Below are positions 36,477-49,692 of a DNA stretch of 64,000 nt, piece by piece (within the stretch, counting starts at the first letter, position 1; every line of letters begins with the position of its first letter). The position numbers were made by a program, and so were the translations under genes. The notes under the pieces are model-generated. The model ran no database searches and was not told the DNA's origin. It saw only the letters and a list, made by a program, of their open reading frames with translations. The stretch comes from Oikopleura dioica (Eukaryota; Animalia; Chordata), in the NCBI GenBank assembly GCA_907165135.1, contig OU015566.1:10912001-10976000 (forward strand), given 5' to 3'.

Positions 36477-36954
36477 TTATCGTCTGAAAGAGCGATTTCT
36501 AGCGCGGGAAGGAAGGCCAGTTGCATCTGAAGCAACTCTTCTGATCACCTTTGCCGAGTGCATTCTTTTCGGCTCAGCGCTAGAAAAATAAATGAGTATT
36601 GAAAATAGAAAGGGGTGAAATAAACCTTGAAGGAGCTGGTTTTTCAATGAGCTGGCGATTAATGATCATTTCTTGGAAAGAAATGTTTCGCATTTCTTCG
36701 CGCATTTGGTCGTCTTCGAGAATTTCTAGGGTTCGATTGAGACGATTTTCAGCTTCTTGTAGGATCCTTTCGGCTTTTTCTGCCTTCAGCAGTTTGACCG
36801 CGTCGATGAATTCTTGGTCGTTGTCTGGATTTGGGATTCCGGAGTCGGGGTTGGAGCCGGATTCTGGGCCGAGAAACGAGTGGAGGGAGATTATCTCGGA
36901 GGACGACAGTAGTTTATTCTCGGAGATGAACTTCAAGAGCGGTTTTGTCACCAT
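36477..36954 (-). CDS. Hypothetical two-exon protein
   Basis: CAG acceptor two nt before the ATG, a coiled-coil-like exon, one GT-AG intron, and a basic C-terminus. Confidence 0.5.
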
Positions 36955-37101
36955 ATCTGAAGAATTAGGTAAAGGAAGGCTTCAGGATGCTGTTAAATAT
37001 TAAATACTTGCTTAAACACTAGAGTATAAATATAGAAGCGATTTTTGCAATACAGAAATTTCGAACTGATAGAAAAAAACAAGAGGTAATGTTTTGAAAT
37101 G

Positions 37102-38945
37102 CTAATAGTGCTTTCCGCGAAAAACGCGAAGGTACTTGAACACAGTCTGTACAATTCCCATTGAAGACAAAAGTGCAAGAACATCTTTTTCGAAAAACAA
37201 GCTCGCTGCAGCGCATAAGACGAGAGTTACTGCGCCGAATCCAGCGTGGAAAAGGATGGAAAGCTTAGTGGTGGGAACAAGCGCGAAAATGTAGGGGTGG
37301 GAGAAGTGTGCTAGAAAGGAGGAGATACAGAAAACAGAAAGGGTTGCGCGAGATGGTGAACTTTTGTAGAGAATGGAAAGCCAGGAGGAGGAATTGTTTC
37401 GGATTGCGGCGAATCGGCAGCAATGAAGAATTCTGGTGGAGGATTTTTATCTTTGAATCAAAGACTTTGATTTAAACTCGGCAAAATATTATAGAGGATA
37501 ATTGGTATCTACTCTCTTTTGTCAAAGAAATCCTTGCCTAAGAAGCATGTTTAAAATTTGCGCATACAAGAGCCCCGAAGCCAGGTACATTTTTCCAAGC
37601 GTGACGGTTCCCAAAATGAAAAGAACAGAAAATATCAGAAGCGTCGAGTTATGTTGATTGAGTTCTTCCGTAGTCATAACCGCGAACATGTATGCTTCAA
37701 GAATGCCATTCATTGCACAGGCCATTGTATTGACAAGACAGAGCTGGAGGATGAAAGCAGGGTTGTTGAAGTCTTGCAGCGCTAGAAATAGGAATAAATG
37801 ACTGTTGAGTATGGAAAGTTCTTTACCAAGAAATCTCAGGAAAAAGGATCCGCTGGGATCGTATTCACCCGAGACTTGCTCCCCTCCATAAACGAATAAA
37901 ATTGACCAAGCTTGTGGTATTCCGATAGCAACAGCGAATAATCCAATAATTATCGACAGCTTCAAGATCACGGGCAAGTCTTTGTCGGCCTCGGTTTTAT
38001 TCTTGCAGAAATGAAGGTGGAATCCTTCTTCGAGCGGTTTGAAAACGAATCTCGGAAAGAGAGCACCGATCGAAGTGACCGTATCCCACAGTCCTTGTTG
38101 CGAGAGGCTCATGACATCGAAAAACGTGACCACATATCTTTCAGCTTGAGTTAAAATGTTCTTGAAAACGCCTTGGATGTAGAATGACCCCATGCGAGAC
38201 ATTTGCTTCTTGTCGAAATAGCTGTTGCTTCTGACACATTTTGAGGGGAGAAGATCTTTTGGGGATTTCAGTTCTCTTGGAAGATCAGGATCCCCAATCC
38301 ATAGATAGTAGTGGATGAATGCGCACAGGGCACTTGATAAAACATGGGCGAATGCAAATGATAGAATATTTGTGCGTAGAATCGCTGCGAGAACATATGC
38401 AAACGCTCTGAACAATGGGTTATCAGCAGTTTTTGAATCAATGTTATTCGTAAATAACTTTACCTGAAGACAAGCATCGAAGCTTCAGAAATCGTCTTCG
38501 GCTTGGGCCTCAATTCCTTCGAGCTCAAAAAGTAGACTGGCTCTTCAAACATTTGCAGAATCGCGGATAATCCAATTAGCCAGCAAGCAAGGGAATAATC
38601 GGATTTCAGTTCCTCTTCTACTGTAAGAGTAGTCCAAAAAGGAACGCAAATAACTGTAGTCAAGAGGCCAATCGGAAGAAACAACCATGCAAGATTGATT
38701 GAATGTCTGAAGGAGCTGCTCGTCTCGCCGATAGAAGCACGTCTTATAGACTCTCGCGAGAAGAACAAAATCGTGGTCGACAAAAGCTCTAATCTGACGA
38801 ATAACAATCCAAGCAATTCCAAGCCAGCTAGCCGGACGAGTGTGCCGCGGAGGCAAAAGGAAATGATTCGAGGAAAAATAACACTGAGACTGGAAAGAAA
38901 GGCGAACTGGGCTGACTGGCCCAGGTTTGAGGACGACTTCGACAT
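37102..38945 (-). CDS. RFT1: Man5GlcNAc2-PP-dolichol translocation protein RFT1
   Basis: VRLELLSTTILFFSRESIRRA, FKNILTQAERYV, GALFPRFVFKPLEE and MACAMNGILEAY; multiple TM helices. Confidence 0.9.
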
Positions 38946-39020
38946 TTTCTTTCTAAAAATTGGTCTTTTTACGAAACATAAACTTCATTATTTATCATTA
39001 TTATTCAGGCAGGAGAAGCG

Positions 39021-41192
39021 CTAGAACGTAAATGGCGTTGAAGCTCGCAGAATATCGGGTAATTCACGGCGAAGCTCAGGAAAATCTTGAACAAAAATAT
39101 CATCTCTTTCTGGCAATTTATCTTCTGCAGGCCCGTCGAATACTTTTCGCAAAATGACGCGCATCAGTCTTTCTTTTTCGCCAATTTTCTTTTCCAATGC
39201 GGCTTTGTTGATTTTCAAAGCAGCGAATTCAGAAGTCCCAGATTCTATGTGAAGCAGTCGGAGTTTCGGGAGGATATCACAGACTTGAAGAAGATTCGCA
39301 GGGTTCATTACAGCGTCTAAACAAGAATAAAGCGCTGATGTACAATTTCGCTAATTACCTTGATTGACTTGTTTTTCATTGATGTAAGTAGGGTCGTATC
39401 TCTTCTTTGAGGAAATCAATAGACGCAGCAATGTTTTTGGGAACTTCTGAAACATTTCCTCGGTAATTTTCAAGCAATCATTTTTCAGTTTCAAATCTTC
39501 TAGCGCCGGTGGGTCATCCAAAAAGTCCGCGAGCGCAGATCTCCAGTTCCACAAGCCATAAATACCAACCCAACAGAGGGACAATTGTTTGAGACATTTG
39601 CAATTCTTGAGAGCTCCAATCCAAGACGTTTCTACAGTCGGTAGTTCTAGCAGCTCAAGACGGGTCAGATTGGTCATCTTCTGTAATGAAAGAAAGGGAG
39701 TTTGGTCTTCAAATACGTAATAGTTGTACTTTCTAGCGCCGTCTGCGGCTCTTTTCGGCCGATCAATTATAGCACCAGTTATTCTTAATTCTTTTAAAGA
39801 TCGAGCACCATTATCGAGACATTTTTGCGTTGTTTCGGCAGACATGGGAACCATCGGCAAGCTGATTTTCTTCAACTTGTTATTCGGGTTCTTTAATAGT
39901 TCACTGAGACCATCCCACATATCCTTGAACGCCGCAACCTTTGATCCACATGCGCAATTCTTGTTTCTCACGTGCTCGTGTAGTGAAAAGCTCGTCAAAT
40001 TGGGAAGATCAGCTAGGCAATCCCAGTCGTGAAAGTTAATACAATGGAGTAGGTCGCAAACAGAGAGAACTTCCAGCTCTTGGTAGTGCATCGCAATGGT
40101 ACTTATTGATTCGTAGAGAATTTTATCGTGGTCGAGATGCAGCGATTTATATATTGGAAAGGGCAGTTCTCCGATACTAGCGGTTCCGTCGCCACGAGGG
40201 ACACACATGAATTCCGAGTCCTCCACTTTTAAAACAGGATCGTGAAGAACAAGCGACTTGATTTTCATGTCATTGTAGTTTTGGCCTTCTTGATCCTCTC
40301 TGCTGTTCATGACAAAACGCTTTAACCCAGGTAAACAGTAGCTATTCGTCGGAGTGCAGTAAACGATAGGGTTTTCTCCACCAAGTTCTCTGGGACACGC
40401 AGCCGAGGGATTATCATATTTTCGTTTAGCTTTTGAGAGGCTCGATAAAAATCCCGTGAAACAAAGAATTCCTAAAAGACAAGAGCCCCTTCCTATGATA
40501 GACACAAAGAGCTCAAGCTCCGAATACCGGACAAATTTGCTCAAGAACTCTCGACTACGTTCTACATTGCTTCCCCCTGGAAGAGTTGCTCTCCATCGAA
40601 TCATCAAAAATTTTAATGGTCGCTTCAGTCCTTCTCGAAGCGTTGAACTTTTGTCTATATATTCCGAAAGGCCTTAGAGAACCTTTTATTTTTTCGATTT
40701 TTATTTGATCTTACATGAAATATCTTCTATCAAGTCTAACGAGAACTGCTCCAAAGAATGGCATTTATTGACGACTGATTCAAAATCCAATACGCGGAAT
40801 TTGCAGCAGTCCTTGACATTCAACACGACAATATTTGACGAAAAAGGAATCTGCATCGGCCGAAGATTGAAATTTTGAAGAAACACTTTCTTCGCAAGAC
40901 CGATTTTTTTCAATAATCTGATTGTTTGGAGGACTTTGTTGTGTGAGGACTTGTTGTGTACTCCTCGGCCGTCGATGGTAATGGCAGTTTTTGAGACTTT
41001 ATCGAGCGCTAGATTATCGATATCGGATTGAAGCTGATCGGAAATCGGACGAAGAGAGAGAACTTTTAGGATTAGAAATTCAAGGAATCTTTTGATAAAG
41101 GCTGAAAAGTTTTTAACCCTCCCTAAGTCCTCAACGTTGAGCGAATCGCATATTTTGAGTAAGATTTCAACTGGTAGCTCTTCGAGCCACAT
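39021..41192 (-). CDS. F-box / LRR-like protein
   Basis: N-terminal F-box LEELPVEILLKICDSLNVEDL, followed by LxxLxL repeats (LPNLTSFSL, LKKISL, LKELRI, LTRLEL, LKQLSL). Confidence 0.75.
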
Positions 41193-41463
41193 TCTGCAAT
41201 TTGAAAATGATCATTTGAAAATATAAATGAGGGATGAAGCTTGATATTAAGTTTATTTGAGTCGTAACGAAGTATTAACAGCATTTGCCCAGCCATAAAG
41301 TCGAAGGTTGAAGATTCAATATATTTTCTAATAAAATACATGGGGCTTCCCATTTTTATCACCATATTTCGCTCCGAAAAAGGAACTGATTCTGGATCAT
41401 ACAGAAATTGCACTAAGTGATTGTACTGTAAGTGGCAGAAGCGAGGGTTAAAAATGTTGAAAT

Positions 41464-42894
41464 CTACAAAAAGTCGATGCCTTCATATTTGTCTTCTTCC
41501 ACGTGTTGATCATCGAGGTAAATCTGGCCGTCAACGGTGAAAACCGTGACGTATGTTTTCATCTTTTTTGTTTCGGGATTTTCTGCAGTCTTCAGGGCGA
41601 TTATCAGGTTGTCATCTGTCCCAGGGATGAATCGAAAGGCGGAAAAACCTCTAAGAAAAAACTTGAGAAAGAAGCTCTATTCGAAGAAAAGCTGAAAGAT
41701 GAATCAAGTCCGTTCCTGGAAGGCCGACTCTCACCAATGGTCGTCGATTGAACTCCCGTGAAATTTTCATTCGCTCTAATCAGAATGTTTCCTCCACGTT
41801 GCTCGTCGAGAACTTCATCGTACGGCTCCATAGAAGTTCTTCTCGGAAGAAAGAACCATTTCTTGTGCACTATAATTTCATTCAGCATCTCTATCATTTG
41901 TTGAAATCTCACCAGGGCTCCAGTTCCCCGCTTCATGCAATAAATAAGCAGGATAAGTGTAACCAAGCGCGCCTCTCAAACTGTCAAAATTCGCTCCCCA
42001 GTTGAGATGTTGAACTTCTCCCGCGGGTGAAATCTTCTTCACCCATTCTGGATTTCGGTGGAAGATATTCCCGTTCGAGTCTGCCCATTCTTTACCAAGA
42101 CCACCGACGTAGAGATAGTTGTCTTTGATTGTCATCCATTCTGCTTTGAAGCCCTTTTCTTGGAGTCCGTCTCCGTCGCTGAGAATTTGCCAGGGAACGA
42201 GTTTGTGGCCTTTTGATGTTGGAATGATTTTGAAAACGATTCCGGATCTTAAAAAAGATGATAAGCAAATCAAAGTTCTAATGCAACAAACCGGTCATCC
42301 ACTGTCAAAATATCGCCGTTGAAAACAATCAGATCTGAGAGCTCCATCCCTCTTCCGGAGAGCGAATAGCCTGATTTCACCATTTCCGGTTTTGTCCAAG
42401 AGACTTTGGCTGACTTTTCTTTTTGATTGATCGTTAGGTAGCCGTATTTCATGTAGGATTTGTACTGAAAATTCTGGTGACAAGAGGTTTGTTGATAAGT
42501 ACTTACAGAATCGTCGGAGCGACTCGCTTTGTCGGGGTCAGAAATAATTCCGATTTTGAAGAGGACTTCGTGTCCAGTATATACAGGCTGTGTGAGAGGA
42601 TAGGTAGCGTTGTAGCCGCTGCGGACGGCAAGAATGGAAGGATCGGTGGAAGCATCTTAGTTGTTTTTTTTTTGTTCAGTTTCTTTAGAAAAATGCTTAC
42701 TTGGAAGAAGAAGACAAAACAGAAAAAGAGCGACGCCGGCAAGTGATAGAGTTCCCACTGAATTTGGACCTGTATTTTTCATAGAGAAAGAAAGTAGCTG
42801 AATTACCTAAAGCTCGGAACTGACGATTTGATCTTCGATAGTCGCTGGTAATAAATGGCGTGTCGAAGCGCCACACATCCCTCCTTCCGGCCAT
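41464..42894 (-). CDS. CANT1: Calcium-activated nucleotidase (apyrase)
   Basis: GRGMELSDLIVFNG, LSDGDG...GFKAEW, YVGGLGKEW, WFFLPRR, GFSAFRFIPGT, C-terminus KYEGIDFL*. Confidence 0.95.
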
Positions 42895-43103
42895 TCAATC
42901 TTCAAATATTGAGTGTGAGTATAATATCTTTGGAGTTTCCGTAAAATAATGACACACTTAGACTTTATGAGAGTGTCATAAAGTATAGTATCATGAAGCT
43001 AGTGGATACTCACTACTTCCCCCCGAAAGGGAAAGACATCCCTTTTATATCTAGCCGGAACTGAAAGCATAAGAGACTCCACTGGAATAAAAAAAAAACG
43101 AAA

Positions 43104-43894
43104 ATGGAGACTCGGAAACGGAAAAATGAGAGCTTGAATGATGAGGAAATTCCAAAGAAAGCGATAGAGAAATTCGAGCTTGTCGAAGATGATTTTAAAA
43201 AGTTGAAGAATACTAGAGACGAAATAAGCCAGCTTGCTGCGTCTCTAAAGGCGAAGAAAGAGGAACTCATAGTTGTCGAAAATCTATCCGAAGAGTTAAA
43301 AAAGCAGCGCGAATCCGTCGATAAATTTTTCGAAATCTTGCAAAAAAGCACTTTTGAAAAAGACGAACTCGAAGCCGGTTTCGTAAAATGGAGGAAAGCC
43401 ATGGACGTAAATCTTCCTTCTTCAGAAAATTGGTTGTATCAAAAAGCTGAAGAACTCAAATACTATCTCCAGGAGGCGGAAGCGGAAATGCTAAATACAA
43501 GAAGAGCTTTCGAGAACTATCTTGACAGATACCCAGTAGCTGATAAGGGGAATCCGAAATATTTTTGTCAACTTTGTAATTTATTGTACGATTCAATGTA
43601 CTCCGAATCATCTTTCAATCAGGCTGCTGTCTTGCAACGGATCCAAAATATTAGGAAAACAGCTATAACGATGCACTTGGTTCTAGGGCCTAAAATCCGA
43701 GCTCCCAGTTAATCGTAAAAAATTGAATCCATATTGAGAAAGACTGTGGGCACATGTACTGCCGCAAATGTCTGAGGAGCAAACTACAGGAAGAAAAAAA
43801 ATCAAAAGGAAGTCATTCAATTATATTCTGCCCAAGAGAGGACTGTGGTGAAACCTACGATTTAGAAGACATAATAACAATCGAAGAAGACTGA
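43104..43894 (+). CDS. Coiled coil + C-terminal RING finger protein
   Basis: Long heptad-rich N-terminus; CQLC then (after an intron) CGHMYCRKC...CPREDC. Confidence 0.75.
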
Positions 43895-44399
43895 GCTGAA
43901 TGTATGAATGTTTGTATTCTATTATTGAAGCTGATAAAATACAGATTGTTACATGACTTTGACGTTGATAACGGAAAGAAATCTCAATTTGAAACTATTT
44001 TTGATAAAAATTAAATTTGGCGAGCGAAGAAGCTAGAATTGGAATATTTTAATAAATTATTAATTTTGCTCTAAATAGACAATAATAACGAAATAAATAA
44101 TAATCTTCAAATTTTAAATTAAAAACACAAAATTAAAATTTTGTTCGAAAATGCACATCACCTTGAAACAACAGAAAAAGTGAAAATTATAATTAAAACG
44201 AATAAAGAAAATAAACATAGAAGAAAATTGGAACTTTGGAGAAAGAAAAATAAAGAAACGAAAAAGTGATAATCGGAACAGATGAGGAGACAAACGCAGG
44301 TTTAAAATTTTAGCAAAAATGTTTTGAAAGTTGAAACAATAAAATTAGATTGTTTTGGCTAGTTCTAGTGTAATTTGAAAAAGGAACAAATCAGTTTTT

Positions 44400-46994
44400 C
44401 TATTCGCTTAGACCTTCAGATTGCACATCGAATTTTTCATGAGTGTCGACTTCGTCGCGGGATACATGTAGATCAAGAGGATTCTCCTCGCTTTCTAGCG
44501 GCAGCGAACCTTCTTCGTCTTTCGGCGGACTCGCTGGAGGAAGACTTTTCTCAACATCGAGCTCGTCGAGCGCTTGTTTTGGCGAAATGGGAATTGGCTT
44601 TGAGCACAGTTGAGTTGGTTCGTCGCGGTAGTCGAATTCGATCGTCTGATGCTCGCCGTTTTGGGCGGCGGGACTTGTCACTGTGGCTTTTCAAAGGGTA
44701 AATATCTTATTATCTAATTCGACATGATTGTATTTTCATCATAAAATAGACCCTATCCTTCAGACATCGTCCTGGTCATCTCGGCGCCTCTATTCCGCAT
44801 CGCATAGAGTCCCAAATCATCCCACAGTTCATTCTGTCTCTGCAGCAGTTCCTGCGGCAAGTCAGGATCTTTCGCCGGCTTGTCCAAATCAATCCGCTTC
44901 GCCGACTTATTTTCCCGCGCCGACAACGAAAGCGCCATCAGTCCTCCCAAACTGATGTCATTATTTCTCAAGTCTAGTCGTTGAATCGCGCTACTTTCAG
45001 CCAGATATTCTGCGATGGCGATAACTCCGCAATCTGAGAGCTTGCAGCCAACGAGCCCTAAGCGGCGGAGAGTTGAGTTTCCTTGGAGACCCATTTTTAA
45101 CGTGCTAGCACCTTTTTTGAAGTTTTGAAATATTTGATTCAATAAAGAATACAATTTAACAAAGTTGAATAATAAAATTTTGAAGCTTTTCCTTGATCCA
45201 TTATAGCGTTCTGGCCCAAATTAAGCATCGAAAGCGTCTTATTCTCCAGAAGTGCTTCTGTAAGCGGCGCCATAGCCACAGCAGTCAGCTGATTATTCCA
45301 TAAGCAGAGCGTTTCAAGCTTGCAATTCGCATGTTTGAGCCCGTCGCAGAGGTGGAAAAGGCCTGAGTCTTGGATTTGGTTGTTCCGCAGGTCGAGCAGC
45401 GTTAGCGTTTTCGAAAGCGTTAGAAGCGCGCGGATGTGTTGCGTGTCTAAAGGAAAAGGTATGAGAACGAAAGAGAGAGAAGGCTAAAACCTGGAATGGT
45501 CAGCTTGTTGTCCATGAGATGCAGCTCCGTCAACGTTTGATTTGTCCTCAGCCCAGCGCAAATTAACGCAATTGATCTTCCAGTTAGATGACATCCTTTT
45601 TCAGTGTTCTTTTAAGTGGTTCGGTTTTAAGGACTTCCGCCCGGAAAAAGGGGATTCAAATAAAAATGTGTTTCAACACTTTCCTTCTAAATGAAGCACC
45701 GACAAGTTGAGTGAGGATCTGAGGGCCCTCGAGAAGGGAGGAATCACCGCGTCGGGGATGTGGTTGTAGGAGGCGTTCAGCGTGTGTAGTCTGTTTTGAG
45801 GGATGAGAATTTGTCGCAGTAAATGAGTTTCTATTCAGATTTCGTTTTTGTGATCTCAAAATGAATCTTCCCGAAAGAATTATTTCCCTTTTCCTTTCAC
45901 TCCGTTTCACCAGCTGCGAAAGACTAATCCAAGCACTCGCGCCCATCGTATTCCTCGAGCAATTCAATAAACTCGTCGATTCGTAAAACAGCAGCATATC
46001 AAACAACGCACTAGCGCTTGAATCATCGTTTAGTTTTCGTTGGACATCTACAGTGTTCATTTGGAAGTGACGGAAAATGCTTTCGATCGCGTCCATTTCT
46101 TTCAGCGAAGCCGATTGCTCGAGGTAAAAGGTTCGTTGGTCCATTTGCGCCAGCTTTGAAAGCTCGCGGATTTGTTTTATTATGCTGTCTGTACAACGGA
46201 TTCGGAAAATTCATAATTTTGCGGCTCCGAGCTTTGATATAAAAAAAACCGCGCAAATTTCAAGTGACTTCCTCAGAAATTATAAATTTGCAATTAATTT
46301 ACTGTAATTTGAATGAAATTGAGAATCCGTGTCATTAGGCTGGACGGAGGCTAATTGGCAGCTTGCAAAATACGCTGCTTCAACATATTCAGCCGATTGC
46401 TTCTCGCGTGGATAATCCCAAAAGTTCTTCAAAATTGAGTGTTCCTCAAGCACCTCCCGGAAGACCAACCGTCTAGTTCGATTCGATTCGTCTTTTTTCA
46501 TGGCTTTTTTCCGTTCACCGAGGTAAAATATTTATCCAAAGATCAAAGAGAATATTCGCGGCTGCGTTATGCAAGATGGCCAGAAAAGCCGCATGCGGCT
46601 TTATTCGGAGCAGTGCTCTGAGAGCACCTTATCTTCAATTAGAAATAGTTCGGTCTTCATTCCTTCTCTCGCAAAAAAGGTGAAAACGTCTTGATTTATC
46701 ATTTATGATTCCCGCGTGGGTCAATTTGTTTTTCACCTTATTACAAATTCTAATTGAATTAGCCAGCACTCGCCTTTCATCAAATAAGCCCGTCCCTGTA
46801 AGTGGCGGTTTCGGTCTCTCTTTCGCCGGTTTTAGCGCCGATTTTGGCTTCTTCCGCGTTCTCGAACTTGAGTTTTCGGACATTTCTCGAGGTGATCTCT
46901 CTTCTCCGTTTGTTTCAGAAAGTGCAGGATCCGACGAGTGAATGGAGATATACTCTGGGGAAATTGAACCTTCGGCAAGTGACTCTTGATCCAT
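44400..46994 (-). CDS. PPP1R37: Protein phosphatase 1 regulatory subunit 37 (LRR protein)
   Basis: SALFDMLLFYESTSLLN, LRRLGLVGCKLSDCG, RLDLRNNDISLGGLMALSLS and RIDLDK; RVxF-like RRLVF. Confidence 0.88.
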
Positions 46995-47795
46995 TTAGAA
47001 AAATTGCAACCTGAATGTATAAACATGTATGAATTTGGACACTCAGCCCGGGGCTAATAATCCCGTCTTACACCGGGCAGATGTCTCGTGAAGAAAATAA
47101 AAATATGAAAATAAAGATGATTGGAAGAAAGGGTTCGAAATTATTCTCTGCATATTTTTACCTCAATAAAGTATTTTGATAATGAAAAAATGACAATTTT
47201 CGAAAAACTTCGGAGAATAAAAATTCGAAAACTTGAAAATTGGACCACACAAAAGGTCAGATGAAAATGTCTATAGACAACGTAATGTCTACTTTTGAAA
47301 TTTTAACAGTACCAAGTTGATTTTGCGAAGAAAAATAGGTTTTCCATGACAGGGAATCATCAAAAAAGTCATCAAGTTGATATAATGTATTGATTTTATC
47401 GGGAAATATTTGAAAATATTTATTTTACAAAATCTAATTTTTACCAAAAAATTCTTTCTAAAATATGCTTCTTTGACGAATTTACCTTTTGAAAAGTTTC
47501 CACCGCGATTTCTTCACCGTTAATCCCTTCTTCGTAACTTTATCCTTTCTTTCATCTCTAGAAAAACTTCTTTACGCTTTCATAATTCTTTCTGTCTCCT
47601 TGAATCCGTGAAATTTCGACTTTTGTTTATTTGATTTTCGCAATTTAGAAAAATTCCATATTTCGACGATTCTGAAAGGCGACTTTGGAGAGAGCGACGC
47701 GCGGGCCAATCAAAAAATTGCGAGATTTCGTCTCTCTGAGTGATTTCTGAGTGATCTTTGAAAGAGAGAATTTAGAGAAGAGAATAATCTTCAGA

Positions 47796-48848
47796 ATGTC
47801 CGATTCCGAAGATGACTACATGTCCGACGCTTTTCTCAGCAAACTGGAAGACACTCGCCCGGGGCTAATTCAAGGAAAGAAAGCGGAAAAACTGATGAAG
47901 GAAGAAAAGATCAAGGTAACTTTTTCACCCTTCTTTTGATGGGGTTTTTCTAAGCTAAAGTTTTAACCAAGCAAAAAGATAGAGAGCATCGCGAAATGCA
48001 AAAGAATAAATTTGCGAGGAAGAAGATCGCTGAACTGATGGTTGACATTCGAGAGGAACGGATTTCTTTTCATTATTGAAAAAAATTTAACAAACTAGAT
48101 TTTTAATCCACAAAAAAAGGAAGCTCTGTCAACTTCGATGATAGTAAACGAGCCAGAAAATAAGGGACTCGCGATGATGCAGAAAATGGGTTTCAAAATC
48201 GGCACTGGTCTCGGAAAAGACGGCGAAGGAAGAAGAAATCCAGTTCAAATTGGAGAAGTGAAAGAAGACAAGAAAGGAATCGGAATAGCAACCGCTAGGC
48301 AGCAGAAGATAATCAACGAAGAGAGGATAAATCAGATCAATTTGAAGAGGAAGATGGCGGAAGAACAAACTACGAAGAGCTTTAAGAATACTACGAGACA
48401 GAAAAATATCGGTAAACTTGCCCTAGAAATAGATAAAACACCTTTTTTACTCCATTACCTTTTTGTCTTCTGATTATCTCGTGAATACCAGTTCTCTTCA
48501 GAAAACACGCTCGTAAAATTCATCCGAAAAGCTCAAAAATCCTGCTACGATCTTGACTCACAAGAATCTCGGTCCCGAAAATCCGATTTTTTCTGGCCTC
48601 CCGGAGTTGTCCGCTCTCTTACTGCCAAGAAAGCCAGGCTCATCGACCAAACCGACCAGTCCTTCCACGACGACCGGGAAGAAGATGGCTTAGATGAATT
48701 TGATTCAGAAAAACTGATTGTTGAAATAACGGAATATCTTCGAGAAAAGTACTTTTTCTGCGTCTACTGCGCTGTAAAATTTACCGATAGTGATGATCTT
48801 GTTCAAAACTGCCCTGGAAACTGCCATACTTTGCATGATGAAGACTAA
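47796..48848 (+). CDS. GPATCH11: G-patch domain protein 11
   Basis: EDDYMSDAFL...RPGL; G-patch NKGLAMMQKMGFKIGTGLGKDGEG; C-terminal YLREKYFFCVYC...CPG...H. Confidence 0.92.
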
Positions 48849-48948
48849 ATTAGCCGAAATTGAATTTCAAATGTGATTTATATTTGATTTATTGGGGAAA
48901 TGACACCGACAACTATTTATTAAGAAGTTTCATTTTAGAAAAAAAAAC

Positions 48949-49592
48949 ATGAATCGGATAATTTTGAATCGGCCAAGTGTGCTTCTCCAGTCGATTAGAT
49001 TCAAGGGCGATAATCAGCATTCAACAGGTAGCCTATCAATCCGCGAATATGGCCAGTCTTCCATAGAACAAGTTTCATTTTAAATTGTATAAAAAAATTT
49101 ATTCATAAAATATTGCTTTGAATAAAATGTTAATTTCCTTTCCTAAACAAAATTTAGGGCCGACGATGCGTCATAATTGGCGCCAACGAAATGATCGTCG
49201 AACGATGCTCAAATCTAAAATGAAGCATATTGTCAAGTACTGATTTATCTATTATCATCTTTCTAACTCTTTCCCAGGAATAATTTGAAAGTGGTTTACT
49301 CGCCCGAAACTGGAGCTAGCCATCTTGCCGGACAATTGGACCCAGTTGCGTACAACATTGTAAGAACGGAGACGCAGAGGATGATGGACGAAAGAACAGG
49401 TAAACGCCGAAATGAAAGAGCTAGGGAAAAAAATCCATTTTAGAGCGAATCGAAAACTATTTGGAAAAAGAAGTTGCTCGAATGAAAAAAGAAGGAGTCC
49501 GCCCAATTGAAATTGAAAACGAAAAATTAAAAATCATTAACGATTTCAAAGGAAACGACTTTTATTATATGCCTTCTCAGATGTCCAAATAA
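48949..49592 (+). CDS. Small four-exon hypothetical protein (mitochondrial presequence-like N-terminus)
   Basis: TAG acceptor followed by an A-run then ATG. Exons joined by three GT-AG introns give MNRIILNRPSVLLQSIRFKG...RHNWRQRNDRR...DFYYMPSQMSK*. Confidence 0.6.
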
Positions 49593-49692
49593 ATATTTTT
49601 CTCTAGAACGTTCTTTTTCATCCTCTTTGTTTTTCATAAAATGGTCAGTTAGAAAATTCACTTTTTCTGAATTGAGATTTGAAAAGAATGCG

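Larger units (their letters stand above)
31732..42894 (-). other. Putative operon: CANT1 > F-box > RFT1 > hypothetical > SHQ1 > DNAJC5 > ATP6AP2
   Basis: Seven co-oriented genes with stop-to-ATG gaps of ~76-470 bp and acceptor-like YAG motifs just before several start codons. Confidence 0.6.

Noticed and set aside
43900-44370. Strongly A-rich skewed tract
   Set aside because: Consistent with a U-rich 3' UTR or spacer between convergent genes; no repeat unit or termini.
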